Assembly: GCA_028872915.1 (NCBI GenBank)
Contig: JAGWNY010000008.1
Location: forward strand, 2,165 to 66,164
DNA from: Verrucomicrobiota bacterium
GTDB taxonomy: Bacteria > Verrucomicrobiota > Verrucomicrobiia > Limisphaerales > UBA11358
Length of the DNA: 64,000 nucleotides
Direction of reading: 5' to 3'
The notes beneath the pieces were generated by a model. It searched no databases, had not been told where the DNA came from, and was given only the letters and a program-made list of their open reading frames with translations. Position numbers and translations under genes: made by a program. This document shows positions 33,589-43,075 of the stretch, piece after piece (position 1 is the first letter of the stretch; each line of letters starts with the position of its first letter).

Positions 33589-34560
33589 ATGGAAAACAAG
33601 CGAATTGCGGCAAAGGCCGGCCTATTCGTATTCATTGGGCTGGCGCTGATGGGCCTTGGGCTGATTGAATTCAGCAAAGGCGCCAGCTTTTTCCGCGGCG
33701 TTTATGAGTTGCGGCTGCACGCCGCAAACGTGGGGGGCCTCAAACCCCGCGCGTCCGTGCGACTGGCGGGCGTGGAGGTGGGCAATGTTTCGGGCGTCCA
33801 ACTGGCTCCTGACGGCCGGAGCGTCACCATCATCCTGAAAATCTATGACCGTTACAAAAACAAAATTTATTCCGACGCCCAATTTGCCATCCAACAATCC
33901 GGTTTTCTGGGCGATGAATATGTCGCCATCATTCCCACGGCCAACCAGGGCGGGGTGCTGACCAATGGCGCTTCGGTCAAATGCGAGCCCCCCTTCAACA
34001 TGCAGGAGGCCGCGCGGTCGGCGGTCGGCTTCATCCAGCGCATTGACACGATTGCCAAAAAGCTCGATGCCTCCGTCACGGAGATGCAACAGGTGGTGCT
34101 CAACGCGCATACCATGACCAATTTTACGGTCACCGTGGACAATATGCGGGAGTTTTCGGCGCAGGCCCTTGATTCCGTCGCCCAAATCAACGGCTTGATT
34201 GTGACCAACGGCACGCAAGTGAACCTGGCGTTGAGCAACGTCCTGTTCTTTTCGTCGCAATTGACGCTCCTGGCCTCGTCCGCGCGCGGTGTTCTGGTGA
34301 CCAATGGCGTGGAAATCACCGCGGCAACAAAAAACATTGAATCATCCACGGAAATCCTGAAAGAATTGATGACCAATCTGCAAGCCGGCAAAGGCCTGGC
34401 CGGCGCAGTCCTGCGGGACCAGGAATTGTCCGCCAACGTGCAAGCCGCCGCAAACAATCTGGCTGTCGCATCGAGCAACCTCAACCGTCTCGGTTTGTGG
34501 GGCTTTTTGTGGCACAAGGAACCCGTCCAAAAACCGCCGCCCCGGCCACGAAAGCCGTGA
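33589..34560 (+). CDS. MlaD/MCE-family protein
   Basis: N-terminal TM helix followed by an MCE domain (LKPRASVRLAGVEVGNVSGVQL) and a long helical C-terminus. Confidence 0.8.
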   Translation: MENKRIAAKAGLFVFIGLALMGLGLIEFSKGASFFRGVYELRLHAANVGGLKPRASVRLAGVEVGNVSGVQLAPDGRSVTIILKIYDRYKNKIYSDAQFAIQQSGFLGDEYVAIIPTANQGGVLTNGASVKCEPPFNMQEAARSAVGFIQRIDTIAKKLDASVTEMQQVVLNAHTMTNFTVTVDNMREFSAQALDSVAQINGLIVTNGTQVNLALSNVLFFSSQLTLLASSARGVLVTNGVEITAATKNIESSTEILKELMTNLQAGKGLAGAVLRDQELSANVQAAANNLAVASSNLNRLGLWGFLWHKEPVQKPPPRPRKP

Positions 34561-35576
34561 AACAACTCTGGCCCATTCGCATTCTGTTCCTGGCCCTGTG
34601 CGTCATGGCGGGCTATGCCATCAGCCAGGTGGGCGAGGAGTTTGTGAACATTCCGCACAGCGGCGTCTTTGGAATGCTCATGGGCTTCGGATTCGGCGGC
34701 CTGCTCATTGCCCTGGACGAAATGCTCAAGGGGTTTTCCCTGCGGGCTTTTTCCGCCATCACCTTCGGCCTGATGCTCGGCACTCTCGTGGCCCTGTTGC
34801 TGGATCGTTCAGGGCTGTTTGAACATGTCCCCGACCCGCAACGTTGGCTCGTCCGGCTCGGCCTTTTCCTCAGCTTCGGCTATATCGGAATGATTCTGGC
34901 GATGCGCAGCAACAAGGAGGATTTTTCACTCATCATTCCCTATGTCCGTTTTTCGCCGCAAAACAAGCCCGACAAGCTCCTGCTTTTGGACACCAGCGTG
35001 ATCATTGACGGGCGCATCGCCGATTTGATTGGCACTCACGTTCTGGAAGGAATGGTGGTGGTTCCCCGCTTTGTTCTCCGGGAAATCCAGCAAGTGGCGG
35101 ATTCCGGCGACGCCATCAAGCGCGGCCGGGGCCGGCGCGGATTGGAAATGCTCAACCGCATCCAGCGCAATTCCGACATCGAAGTACGCATTCACGATGG
35201 CGATTTTCCGGATGAAAAGGACGTGGACAGCAAATTGATCCGCCTGGCGCGCAACCTGAATGCGCGGCTTTTTACCAACGATTTTAACCTGGCCAAGGTC
35301 GCCTCCTTTCAAAAGGTGGATTGCATCAACATCCATGAAGTCGCCAAATGCCTGAAAGCCATCCTGCTGCCGGGCGAGGTGCTCCAATTGAAAATCGTCC
35401 GCGAAGGAAAGGACAAGGGACAGGGGGTTGGTTATCTGCCCGATGGCACCATGGTTGTGGTCAACAACGGCCAGTCCAGGATTGGGGAACAGGTTGAAGT
35501 GGAAGTGCAGACACTGCTCCAGACGGGCGCGGGCATCATTGTTTTTGCCGATTTGCGCGCGGCGGCGCCGGTGTGA
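34557..35576 (+). CDS. PIN/TRAM domain membrane-anchored protein (YacL-like)
   Basis: Four TM helices, a PIN domain (LLLLDTSVIIDGRI...LFTNDFNL) and a C-terminal TRAM (GQGVGYLPDGTMVVV). The GTG start overlaps the mlaD-like stop. Confidence 0.8.
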   Translation: MKQLWPIRILFLALCVMAGYAISQVGEEFVNIPHSGVFGMLMGFGFGGLLIALDEMLKGFSLRAFSAITFGLMLGTLVALLLDRSGLFEHVPDPQRWLVRLGLFLSFGYIGMILAMRSNKEDFSLIIPYVRFSPQNKPDKLLLLDTSVIIDGRIADLIGTHVLEGMVVVPRFVLREIQQVADSGDAIKRGRGRRGLEMLNRIQRNSDIEVRIHDGDFPDEKDVDSKLIRLARNLNARLFTNDFNLAKVASFQKVDCINIHEVAKCLKAILLPGEVLQLKIVREGKDKGQGVGYLPDGTMVVVNNGQSRIGEQVEVEVQTLLQTGAGIIVFADLRAAAPV

Positions 35577-35607
35577 TTTTTCCCGTCCGTCAAATTCCCT
35601 GGCACGA

Positions 35608-36588
35608 TCAAACTTCCACGCGGAGCAATTCGGCGGCGGATTTGGTTAAGATTTCGGTTTGCGCGAGGCAGGCGGGAACCAGGGCGAATTGACCGGCTTG
35701 TAAAATCACCGACTCCGACCCGCCACGGATTTGAGATGTTCCAGAAGTGACGGCCACGATTTGCAATCGTTGGGGCGCAAGCGGCGCGGGGGCGTCCGGC
35801 CCCAGTTTCCAGTGTTCGGCACAGAAAAGGGCATCGTTCACGAGCGGACGCTTGAGGGCCATTCCGTCCGGCCTGTAACCGCCGCCGATCAATTGAGGCT
35901 CAAAGTCGTCGAAGTTGACGTTGGCAAGAGCTTCGGCTACGTGCAATTCCCGCGGCCTGCCGTCGAGTCCGCCGCGGTTCCAATCAAAAACGCGATAGGT
36001 GGTATCTGAATTTTGTTGAATCTCGAAGATGACCAAACCGGCCCCAATGCCGTGAACCCTGCCGCTGGGCAAAAAAATGGCGTCCCCGGCACGAACGGAC
36101 AGCCGATGAAAACAGTCGGCGACGCTGCCTTCCATGAGTTTGGTTTTGAATTCAGATTGTGAAACTCCCCGTTTCAGCCCCACAAAAAGTTCCGCGCCGG
36201 GCGCGGCGTGGGCTATAAACCACATCTCCGATTTCGGCTCCCTTTTCGGGTCGCTTATGGCGCCGGCGATTCCAGGAGCCGGATGGACCTGTAGCGAGAG
36301 TTTGTCGCGCGCGTCCAGGATTTTGCAAAGCAATGGAAACCGGCCGGCCGGCGCCATTTTGGTCTCTCCGGCCAATTCAGACGAAAAATTTTCCATCAAC
36401 CAGCGCAGGCTCTTGCCGGCGAACCGGCCATTGCCGATGATGCTTTGGTCGCCGGGCCGGTCTGAAATTTCCCAGGATTCGCCAATGGCGCCGCCCTGCG
36501 GCAGGTTTTTTCCAAACAGCCTTTCCAATTCGCGCCCGCCCCATAGGCGCTCCTTGAAAATGGGTTGGAAAGTGAGCGGATAAAGCAC
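35608..36588 (-). CDS. manA: Class I mannose-6-phosphate isomerase
   Basis: MLYPLTFQPIFKERLWGG...GESWEISD...LLCKILDA...LSLQVHP...IFLPSGRVHGIG. Confidence 0.85.
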   Translation of the reverse strand: MLYPLTFQPIFKERLWGGRELERLFGKNLPQGGAIGESWEISDRPGDQSIIGNGRFAGKSLRWLMENFSSELAGETKMAPAGRFPLLCKILDARDKLSLQVHPAPGIAGAISDPKREPKSEMWFIAHAAPGAELFVGLKRGVSQSEFKTKLMEGSVADCFHRLSVRAGDAIFLPSGRVHGIGAGLVIFEIQQNSDTTYRVFDWNRGGLDGRPRELHVAEALANVNFDDFEPQLIGGGYRPDGMALKRPLVNDALFCAEHWKLGPDAPAPLAPQRLQIVAVTSGTSQIRGGSESVILQAGQFALVPACLAQTEILTKSAAELLRVEV

Positions 36589-36599
36589 GGGAACTGGAT

Positions 36600-37601
36600 T
36601 CAGGCGGCCGCCTGCGCCGCGCCATTGCCTTGCATGTCCTTTTTTTCCACAAACCGGCCATGAGCGCGGTATTTCTCGTAACGCTTTTTCAATCGCTCCG
36701 GCGCGGGCAAGGCCAGAAGCTCTTCCAGGTTTTTGAGCAGCCGCTGCTTCAGATTTTCCGCGGCGGCAGGCGGGTCCGTGTGCGCTCCACCGAGCGGTTC
36801 GGGAACAATTTCGTCAATTAGGCCCAGTTCCAGCAAATTTTGGGCGGTGATCTTGAGGGCGGCCGCGGCCTTGGGCGCCGCCACGCGGTCCTTCCACAAT
36901 ATCGCGGCGCATCCTTCGGGACTAATGACGGAGTAGTAGGCATTTTCAAGGACCAGCACGCGATCGGCGACGCCAATGCCCAGCGCGCCGCCTGAACCGC
37001 CCTCGCCGATGACGGCGGCAACGATGGGCGGCTCGAAAAGGATCATTTCCCGCAGGTTCACCGCTATGGCTTCGGCAATGTGGCGTTCCTCCGCTCCTAT
37101 GCCGGGATACGCTCCCGCCGTGTCAATGAGCGTGATAATGGGAAGATTGAATTTATTGGCCAGCCGCATCAACCGCAGGGCCTTGCGATAACCTTCGGGA
37201 TGCGCGGAGCCAAAGTTTCTGAGAATGTTCTCCTTCGTGTCCCGCCCTTTCTGGGTGCCAATGACCACGACACGGTGGTCTCCCAACTTCGCAAAACCGC
37301 CGACCATGGCCCGATCCTCGGCAAACAGGCGGTCTCCGTGCAATTCATGAAAATCGGTGAAGGCGGATGCGATGTAATCAAGGCTATAAGGTCGTTTTGG
37401 CCGGCGCGCCAGTTGGACCCTCTGCCACGCCGTCAGATTGGCAAATATATGCCGCCGGGTTTCCTCCAATTTCTTTTCGATCAAACGGATTTCTTCTTCG
37501 AAATTGACTCCCAACGAATGCTTTTCCGGATGTTTGCGGAGGTCGTCCAGTTTGTCCTGCAGTTCGATGATCGGTTTCTCGAAATCGAGCTGATTCTTCA
37601 T
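36600..37601 (-). CDS. accA: Acetyl-CoA carboxylase carboxyltransferase subunit alpha
   Basis: LDFEKPIIELQDKL, RPYSLDY, DTAGAYPG and GEGGSGGAL. Confidence 0.96.
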   Translation of the reverse strand: MKNQLDFEKPIIELQDKLDDLRKHPEKHSLGVNFEEEIRLIEKKLEETRRHIFANLTAWQRVQLARRPKRPYSLDYIASAFTDFHELHGDRLFAEDRAMVGGFAKLGDHRVVVIGTQKGRDTKENILRNFGSAHPEGYRKALRLMRLANKFNLPIITLIDTAGAYPGIGAEERHIAEAIAVNLREMILFEPPIVAAVIGEGGSGGALGIGVADRVLVLENAYYSVISPEGCAAILWKDRVAAPKAAAALKITAQNLLELGLIDEIVPEPLGGAHTDPPAAAENLKQRLLKNLEELLALPAPERLKKRYEKYRAHGRFVEKKDMQGNGAAQAAA

Positions 37602-37663
37602 GCGAAATGGATGGTAGATGGTCTATGGCGCCAAATCAACGCGGATTTCAAGGCTGATTAAGT

Positions 37664-37695
37664 GAAAAGACGAAAGGCCGGACTTGCGTCCGGCC
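37664..37695 (-). terminator. Rho-independent terminator (minus strand)
   Basis: Minus strand reads GGCCGGAC-GCAA-GTCCGGCC followed by TTTCGTCTTTTC. It lies ~250 nt downstream of the pgl stop. Confidence 0.75.
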
Positions 37696-37946
37696 TCTCA
37701 CGGTGACGAGGTTTATACGCCTTCACCCAGGCGCTCAGAAGGGCGACACAGCCAACTTGGGGGTCGCTGTCCGAGCTGCGCCGCGAGCAAAACCTCTATG
37801 CCAACCCTAAACGGACAGCGAAATCTGGATGTTTGACCCCACCACCGTCCGTTCGTTCAAACTTTAGCCGATTTTCTTTTTTAGGTCATGGGGTGTTCAC
37901 CCCACCCCTTCCGCAAAACGTAATTCTACCAACTAGCGCCGTTGCT

Positions 37947-38723
37947 TCAAGTAAAAAATGGAGAAAAATTAATGTCGCTGAAAATCGTTGTCCGGCTGCG
38001 AGACCGAAGGACCCGGGCCAATGGCGTGTGGCCATCCGGTTTGAGCGATTGTTTCAGCGCCTCCTCTTTGCCCGCCGACGATACCAGAACCCAAACCTGT
38101 TTAGCCGCGGCAATGGCCGCATAGCTGAGGGAAATGCGGTTTGGCGGCGGTTTGGGGGCGGTTTTCACGCCTACGAACGGTTCTTCAACGGCCAATATTT
38201 CCGGCACGGCGTTTGGAAATAGAGACGCGACGTGTCCGTCCTCTCCCATACCAAGGAAAATCAGGTCAAGAGAGGGCAAATTGCCGCTGGAACCCGCAAT
38301 TTGCCGCAAGTCCCGCCCGGCCGCCTGAACAGCGGCATTCTGTGGCGCCTCTCCACGAATGCGATGGATGCGGTTGGCGGCAATGTTCAACGGCGCTAGG
38401 AGAAAATCGTTTGCCAGCTTGAAATTGCTTTCGGAATCGTCGGGTGGCAGACACCGCTCATCCGCCCAAAAAAAATGGACGTTTTCCAGCAAGACGGTTC
38501 CCGTTTTGGCTTGCTGGACGATTGAAATGAAAAGCGTTTTGGCAATGCGCCCGCCGGAAAGGGCCGTGCAATAAGGCTGGCCGGCGCGATTGGCCGCCTG
38601 GACCTCTTTGAGCCAGCGCTGCGCGGCCGCCGCAGCCAACGCCTCCGGATCGGAAAAGGAGAGCACCCGGTAATTTTTCATCATCCTGGCCGGCGCGCGC
38701 CGCTCCGGGTCGCGCTCCATCAT
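37947..38723 (-). CDS. pgl: 6-phosphogluconolactonase
   Basis: ALSGGRIAKTLF, WADERCLPPDDSESN, DLIFLGMGEDGHVASLFP and RISLSY. The start overlaps the zwf stop (ATGA). Confidence 0.92.
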   Translation of the reverse strand: MMERDPERRAPARMMKNYRVLSFSDPEALAAAAAQRWLKEVQAANRAGQPYCTALSGGRIAKTLFISIVQQAKTGTVLLENVHFFWADERCLPPDDSESNFKLANDFLLAPLNIAANRIHRIRGEAPQNAAVQAAGRDLRQIAGSSGNLPSLDLIFLGMGEDGHVASLFPNAVPEILAVEEPFVGVKTAPKPPPNRISLSYAAIAAAKQVWVLVSSAGKEEALKQSLKPDGHTPLARVLRSRSRTTIFSDINFSPFFT

Positions 38724-40231
38724 GCTATCACCAGCGGCTCATGCCATGCGTGGCCGCTTTGCGCGAGCAAATCGTCGGCCGCAACCGGCCCCCAGGTGCC
38801 GGCGGCATAAAATTCCCGGTTGCTCAGGGCCTTCCCGCTCCAACCGGCCCGGATGGAATCCACAATCTGCCATGCCGTCTCCACTTCATCGCGACGGATG
38901 AACAAGGTGGCGTCGCCGGCCACGGCTTCCAGCAGCAATCGTTCATAGGCCTCGGGTGTGTAGGCGCCAAATTCCGAATCGTAGCTGAAGTGCATGCGGA
39001 CGGGTCGCACACCCACGCTGAGGCCCGGCACCTTGCCGTTAAAACGCAGCGAGATGCCTTCGTTCGGCTGGAGGCGGAGGGTCAAGGCATTGGGATCAAG
39101 CTTGTGTTCGCATTGGGCCGCGAACAGGACGCTGGGTGTGGGACGAAACCGGATGCGCACCTCGCTGGCGCTCATGGGGAGGTTCTTGCCGGTGCGCAAA
39201 TAAAACGGCACGTCCGACCAGCGCCAGTTGTCAATCAACAACTTGAGCGCGACGTAGGTTTCCACATTCGAATCCGTTTTCACCTTGGGTTCCTGGCGAT
39301 AGCCTGGACGCGGCTCGCCGTTGACGACGCCGGCGAAATACTGGCCGCGCACCACCTGCCTGGCGACGTCGGCGGGGCGAAGCGGCCGGATGGATTTGAG
39401 CAATTTGACCTTTTCGTCGCGCACGGATTCGGCTTCGAGCGAAACGGGCGGTTCCATGGCGATGAGGGCCAGGACCTGGAGGATATGGTTCTGCACCATG
39501 TCGCGCAGGGCGCCGGCTTCCTCGTAATAACCGCCGCGTTCACCCACGCCGAGTCGTTCGCTAACGGTGATCTGAACATACTCGACGGAATTGCGGTTCC
39601 AGAGTTTCTCGAAAATGGAATTGGAAAAACGGAACATCAAAATGTTCTGGACGGTTTCCTTGCCCAGGTAATGGTCTATGCGAAAGACCTGCCGTTCCTG
39701 GGCGAACCGGGTCAGCTCGCCATTGAGCGAGTGCGCGGATTGAAGATCGTGGCCAAACGGTTTTTCAACGACGAGGCGTTGCCAGCCGGGGTGGCCGTCG
39801 TGAGAAAGCAGGTGTGAATCATGCAGTTTTTCGATGACGACGCCGAACTGGCTCGGCTGCGTGGCCAGATAGAACAGCAGGTTTCGGCGCAGAGGCTGGC
39901 TCTGAAAGCCGCTCAACTTTTTTTCCAGCGCATCGTATGCCGCGGCGTCGGTGAGATCGCCCCGGCAATACGAGAGATTGGCTGCAAAATCGCCCCAGAC
40001 TTTTTCGTCAACGGGCTTGGTGCGGGAAAACTCCTCCAGCGCCGCGCGGAGTTCCTGCCGCCAGGAATCATCGGTCTTTTCGCGCCGGGCAAATCCAATG
40101 ATGCGAAAGGCGGGCGGCATCAATTGATCCTTGAAGAGATGATAGAGCGCCGGGATCAATTTGCGGGCAGTCAGGTCGCCACTGGCGCCGAATATGATGA
40201 TGGAACACGGCTCGGTGAGCTTGCGTTCCAT
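38720..40231 (-). CDS. zwf: Glucose-6-phosphate dehydrogenase
   Basis: IIIFGASGDLTARKL, RIDHYLGKE and NHILQVL. The start was taken at MERKL; upstream Mets at 40273 and 40291 are possible alternatives. Confidence 0.95.
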   Translation of the reverse strand: MERKLTEPCSIIIFGASGDLTARKLIPALYHLFKDQLMPPAFRIIGFARREKTDDSWRQELRAALEEFSRTKPVDEKVWGDFAANLSYCRGDLTDAAAYDALEKKLSGFQSQPLRRNLLFYLATQPSQFGVVIEKLHDSHLLSHDGHPGWQRLVVEKPFGHDLQSAHSLNGELTRFAQERQVFRIDHYLGKETVQNILMFRFSNSIFEKLWNRNSVEYVQITVSERLGVGERGGYYEEAGALRDMVQNHILQVLALIAMEPPVSLEAESVRDEKVKLLKSIRPLRPADVARQVVRGQYFAGVVNGEPRPGYRQEPKVKTDSNVETYVALKLLIDNWRWSDVPFYLRTGKNLPMSASEVRIRFRPTPSVLFAAQCEHKLDPNALTLRLQPNEGISLRFNGKVPGLSVGVRPVRMHFSYDSEFGAYTPEAYERLLLEAVAGDATLFIRRDEVETAWQIVDSIRAGWSGKALSNREFYAAGTWGPVAADDLLAQSGHAWHEPLVIA

Positions 40232-40304
40232 GCCGATGTTGCAGGCCGGGCCGTTGTGTTCGTCAGGCGTCATCCGCCAACAATGGCGCAATCACCTGAA
40301 AAGT

Positions 40305-41447
40305 TCAATGCGCGACATTGGCGCATTCAAGAACGGCCTGGACGACGGATTCGACGCCGATGCGCGTCATGCACCGGAAATCAATGGGGCATTCGCGCAA
40401 GAAACAGGGCGAGCAGGGAACGCCGGCATTGAGTATTTTTTGGGCCGCGCCGGAGGAAAGCGGGCCGGTCAGTTCCGGAGAGGTGCTTCCATAAATGGCG
40501 ATGACCGGCACGCTGAGGGCCGCGGCCACGTGCATGGGGCCTGTGTCGTTGGTGAGCAGAAGCCGGCAGAGTTTCAACAAGGCCATCAGTTCGCGCAGGG
40601 TGGTCCTGCCGGCCAGGTTCAGCGCCGCGCAAGCGCCCAACGCCGACTCAATGACGTTCGCGAGCGCGACATCGTTGTTTCCTCCAAACAGGATCCATCG
40701 GCAATGGGTTTGGGACTGGATCAGCCTTGCGGCTGCAATGAAGTTTTCCAATGGCCAACGTTTGGCCGGACCGTATTCAGCGCCCGGATTGAGGCCAAAA
40801 ACAGGGGCTTGGACGGCATCCAATGCAAATTGAGTCCTCGCAGCCGCCAATTCTTCCTCCGCCACAAAGAGTTGGGGCGGCAACGGGGCGGGATTGGCGC
40901 CGAAGGCGGCGGCCAGGTGGAGATAATCGTTTGCCTGGTGGGAAAGGGGATGGTTTTGAGATTCGAGGCCGTTTGCCGAACTCATAAGCCTTTTTATTTC
41001 GGCGACGGGTCTTTTTCGCATTTGGACGGCGCCGCGACGGGACGGGAGAGGATGGGTCAGGAAAAAGTTTCGCCAGGGACGGGCGTAGCCGATGCGCTGC
41101 GGTACACGGGCCAGGAATGGTTCCAGGGCGGAGCGCGGTGAATTGGGCAGCGCCAGCGCGGCATCAAAGTTCCCGCGCCGCAGGCGGCCGGCGATGCCAA
41201 AAACTGTTTCTTGCGGCCGCGGGCATAGAAGTTCATCAATGGCCGGATGCAGGCGGCCGGCGCCGGGCGCGGCCGGCCAGAGATCGCGGAGTTTTTCGGG
41301 GGTGAGCAGGGCAATGTGAGCATCGGGAAATTTCTCGCGCAATCGCATGAGGGCGGGAATGGTCATCACGGCATCGCCCAGCCAGTTTGTTCCACGAACC
41401 AGGATTCGCGGTTTGGCAGGCAGGGAAATGGAGGATGGCGCGGTCAT
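40305..41447 (-). CDS. waaF: LPS heptosyltransferase II (GT9)
   Basis: ILVRGTNWLGDAVMTIPALMRL and C-terminal LLLTNDTGPMHVAAALSVPVIAIYGSTSP. Confidence 0.85.
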   Translation of the reverse strand: MTAPSSISLPAKPRILVRGTNWLGDAVMTIPALMRLREKFPDAHIALLTPEKLRDLWPAAPGAGRLHPAIDELLCPRPQETVFGIAGRLRRGNFDAALALPNSPRSALEPFLARVPQRIGYARPWRNFFLTHPLPSRRGAVQMRKRPVAEIKRLMSSANGLESQNHPLSHQANDYLHLAAAFGANPAPLPPQLFVAEEELAAARTQFALDAVQAPVFGLNPGAEYGPAKRWPLENFIAAARLIQSQTHCRWILFGGNNDVALANVIESALGACAALNLAGRTTLRELMALLKLCRLLLTNDTGPMHVAAALSVPVIAIYGSTSPELTGPLSSGAAQKILNAGVPCSPCFLRECPIDFRCMTRIGVESVVQAVLECANVAH

Positions 41448-42067
41448 TCAACAGACGAGGCATGAGGACGCGAAGTCAATGAACCGCCGCGGCGCCGGCT
41501 TTCGTTGTGCTTTCCTCTGCATTTCCGTCTGGCGGTTCATTTTCGACCGTCAATTCCAGTAACATCAGCGGCGATGATGGTGGCAAATTCCGCCGGCGCC
41601 GCAAGGCTTCGTTCCTGATCAAATCCGAGGCGCGTGGCGGGAGGCGGTAAAGATGCAATCACGCCAGGCGCGCGAACGTTGCGGACAAAATAGCGGAAGG
41701 AGAAAACCGCGCCAAAAATTGATACCTGCCCCCGATGGCGGTGAAACGGGAATGCGATGGATGCGTCGGGATTGCTTACACTTTGCCGGTTTGCGAATTG
41801 TTGTTTGAAGGACAATGGGTTGCGTGCTGAAAAACCAGGCCTGCGAAATAATCGTCGGGATTCCTTACAATTCGGCCACGCCGGGAGTTCTTGAAGAAGA
41901 TAAAGGATCGGAACCACTATTCTGCCATCCTGTTATCCTCCAGATACTTACAAATCCTGCTCCGGCGACAACACCAAGGAGGATTGCCGCGCTGGCTTGG
42001 TTTGTGCTTAAATTGCCGTTTTGAGTCGCACGACCGAGGTGGATTACCGATTCAAGGATTTGAGATT

Positions 42068-42979
42068 ATGAGAACGACGACCTATAAACGCACAGGCCCA
42101 GGCATTGCGACCATTGTCGGCGCGGCCGGGATGGCCATTTTGCTGTGCCAGGGCGTTACGGCGGAGGCTCTGCCGGTGGACCTGGGTTCCGCGGGTCCGG
42201 GCAACTGGGCGGTGCTGGAAACGGGGAATCATGCCGGCAATGCAAACGTGAGCATTGCCAACGCTTCGAACGCGGGCTACATAAACGGGAACGTGGGCAT
42301 GAACAGCAGGGGCGGCATTTCGGACAGTGGTACGCCGATCACGGGAAACGTTTATCTTGGCAGCAGCGCCGGCGCGAATGGGAATCTGGCGGCCAACGTG
42401 TCGGGGAGCGTTTACAAAAATGCAGGCTCTCAAACGCGGGTGAGCCAGGCTGCCGCTGACGCGGCAAGCGTGGCGTCCGCCGCCTCGGCATTGTCGGGAT
42501 CGTCCATCGGTGACATCACCACCGGCGGAACATTTTCTCACGCGCCGGGCGTGTATTTTCTGAACAGCATCAATTTGAGCGGCGTGACGCTTACGCTGGA
42601 TGGGACGGCAAACGAGTATTACGTCTTTAACATCGCCGACGCGCTGACTTTGAGCCATGCCTCAATTCTGCTGAGCGGCGGGCTGACGGCTCAGAACGTG
42701 CTGTTTAACATCACGCGCACCGGCGGCACGGGTTTGGGGATGAGCGGCGGATTGGCAACGGAGTCGGTATTGTATGGGATCGTTTTGGCGGACAGTTCGC
42801 AAATTCAAGAGTCTCCCGGGCTTGTGGTGGGGGAAATGATCTGCGGCGACAACATGAGCATTTCTTCCGGGGCGCAGGTTCAGGGAATTAAGGTACCCGA
42901 TGGCGGTGAGACGGCGGCGCTGCTTGGAGCGGCGCTGCTGGGCATTGCCGGTCTGAGGCGGAAACTGCGCCAGGGCTGA
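42068..42979 (+). CDS. Secreted ice-binding-like (DUF3494-type) protein with a PEP-CTERM sorting signal
   Basis: Signal peptide, LGSAGPGNWAVLETG, repetitive beta-helix-like G/N/S-rich body, and C-terminal VPDGGETAALLGAALLGIAGLRRKLRQG. Confidence 0.75.
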   Translation: MRTTTYKRTGPGIATIVGAAGMAILLCQGVTAEALPVDLGSAGPGNWAVLETGNHAGNANVSIANASNAGYINGNVGMNSRGGISDSGTPITGNVYLGSSAGANGNLAANVSGSVYKNAGSQTRVSQAAADAASVASAASALSGSSIGDITTGGTFSHAPGVYFLNSINLSGVTLTLDGTANEYYVFNIADALTLSHASILLSGGLTAQNVLFNITRTGGTGLGMSGGLATESVLYGIVLADSSQIQESPGLVVGEMICGDNMSISSGAQVQGIKVPDGGETAALLGAALLGIAGLRRKLRQG

Positions 42980-43075
42980 GGGGAACTTCAACCGAAAATC
43001 GGACGCGCAACGGGACCGTGAACCAAGCAGGTCCCACGCGGCGCTCTTCACGATTCCGACCGCCGATGCTTAAGT

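Noticed and set aside
37720-37775. Resemblance of ACCCAGGCGCUCAGAAGGGCGACACAGCCAA to the SRP (4.5S) RNA helix 8 region ACCAGGUCAGGUCCGGAAGGAAGCAGCCAAGG
   Set aside because: The loop AGAA is not a GNRA loop. The flanking sequence does not fold into a symmetric long hairpin (28 nt versus 57 nt arms). The only terminator is on the opposite strand. I kept it only as part of an unclassified candidate ncRNA region.
41537-42024. Small ORFs (126 aa on the minus strand, 69 aa on the plus strand) in the waaF / PEP-CTERM intergenic region
   Set aside because: They have no motifs, overlap each other and contain repeat-derived sequence. I treat the region as non-coding.
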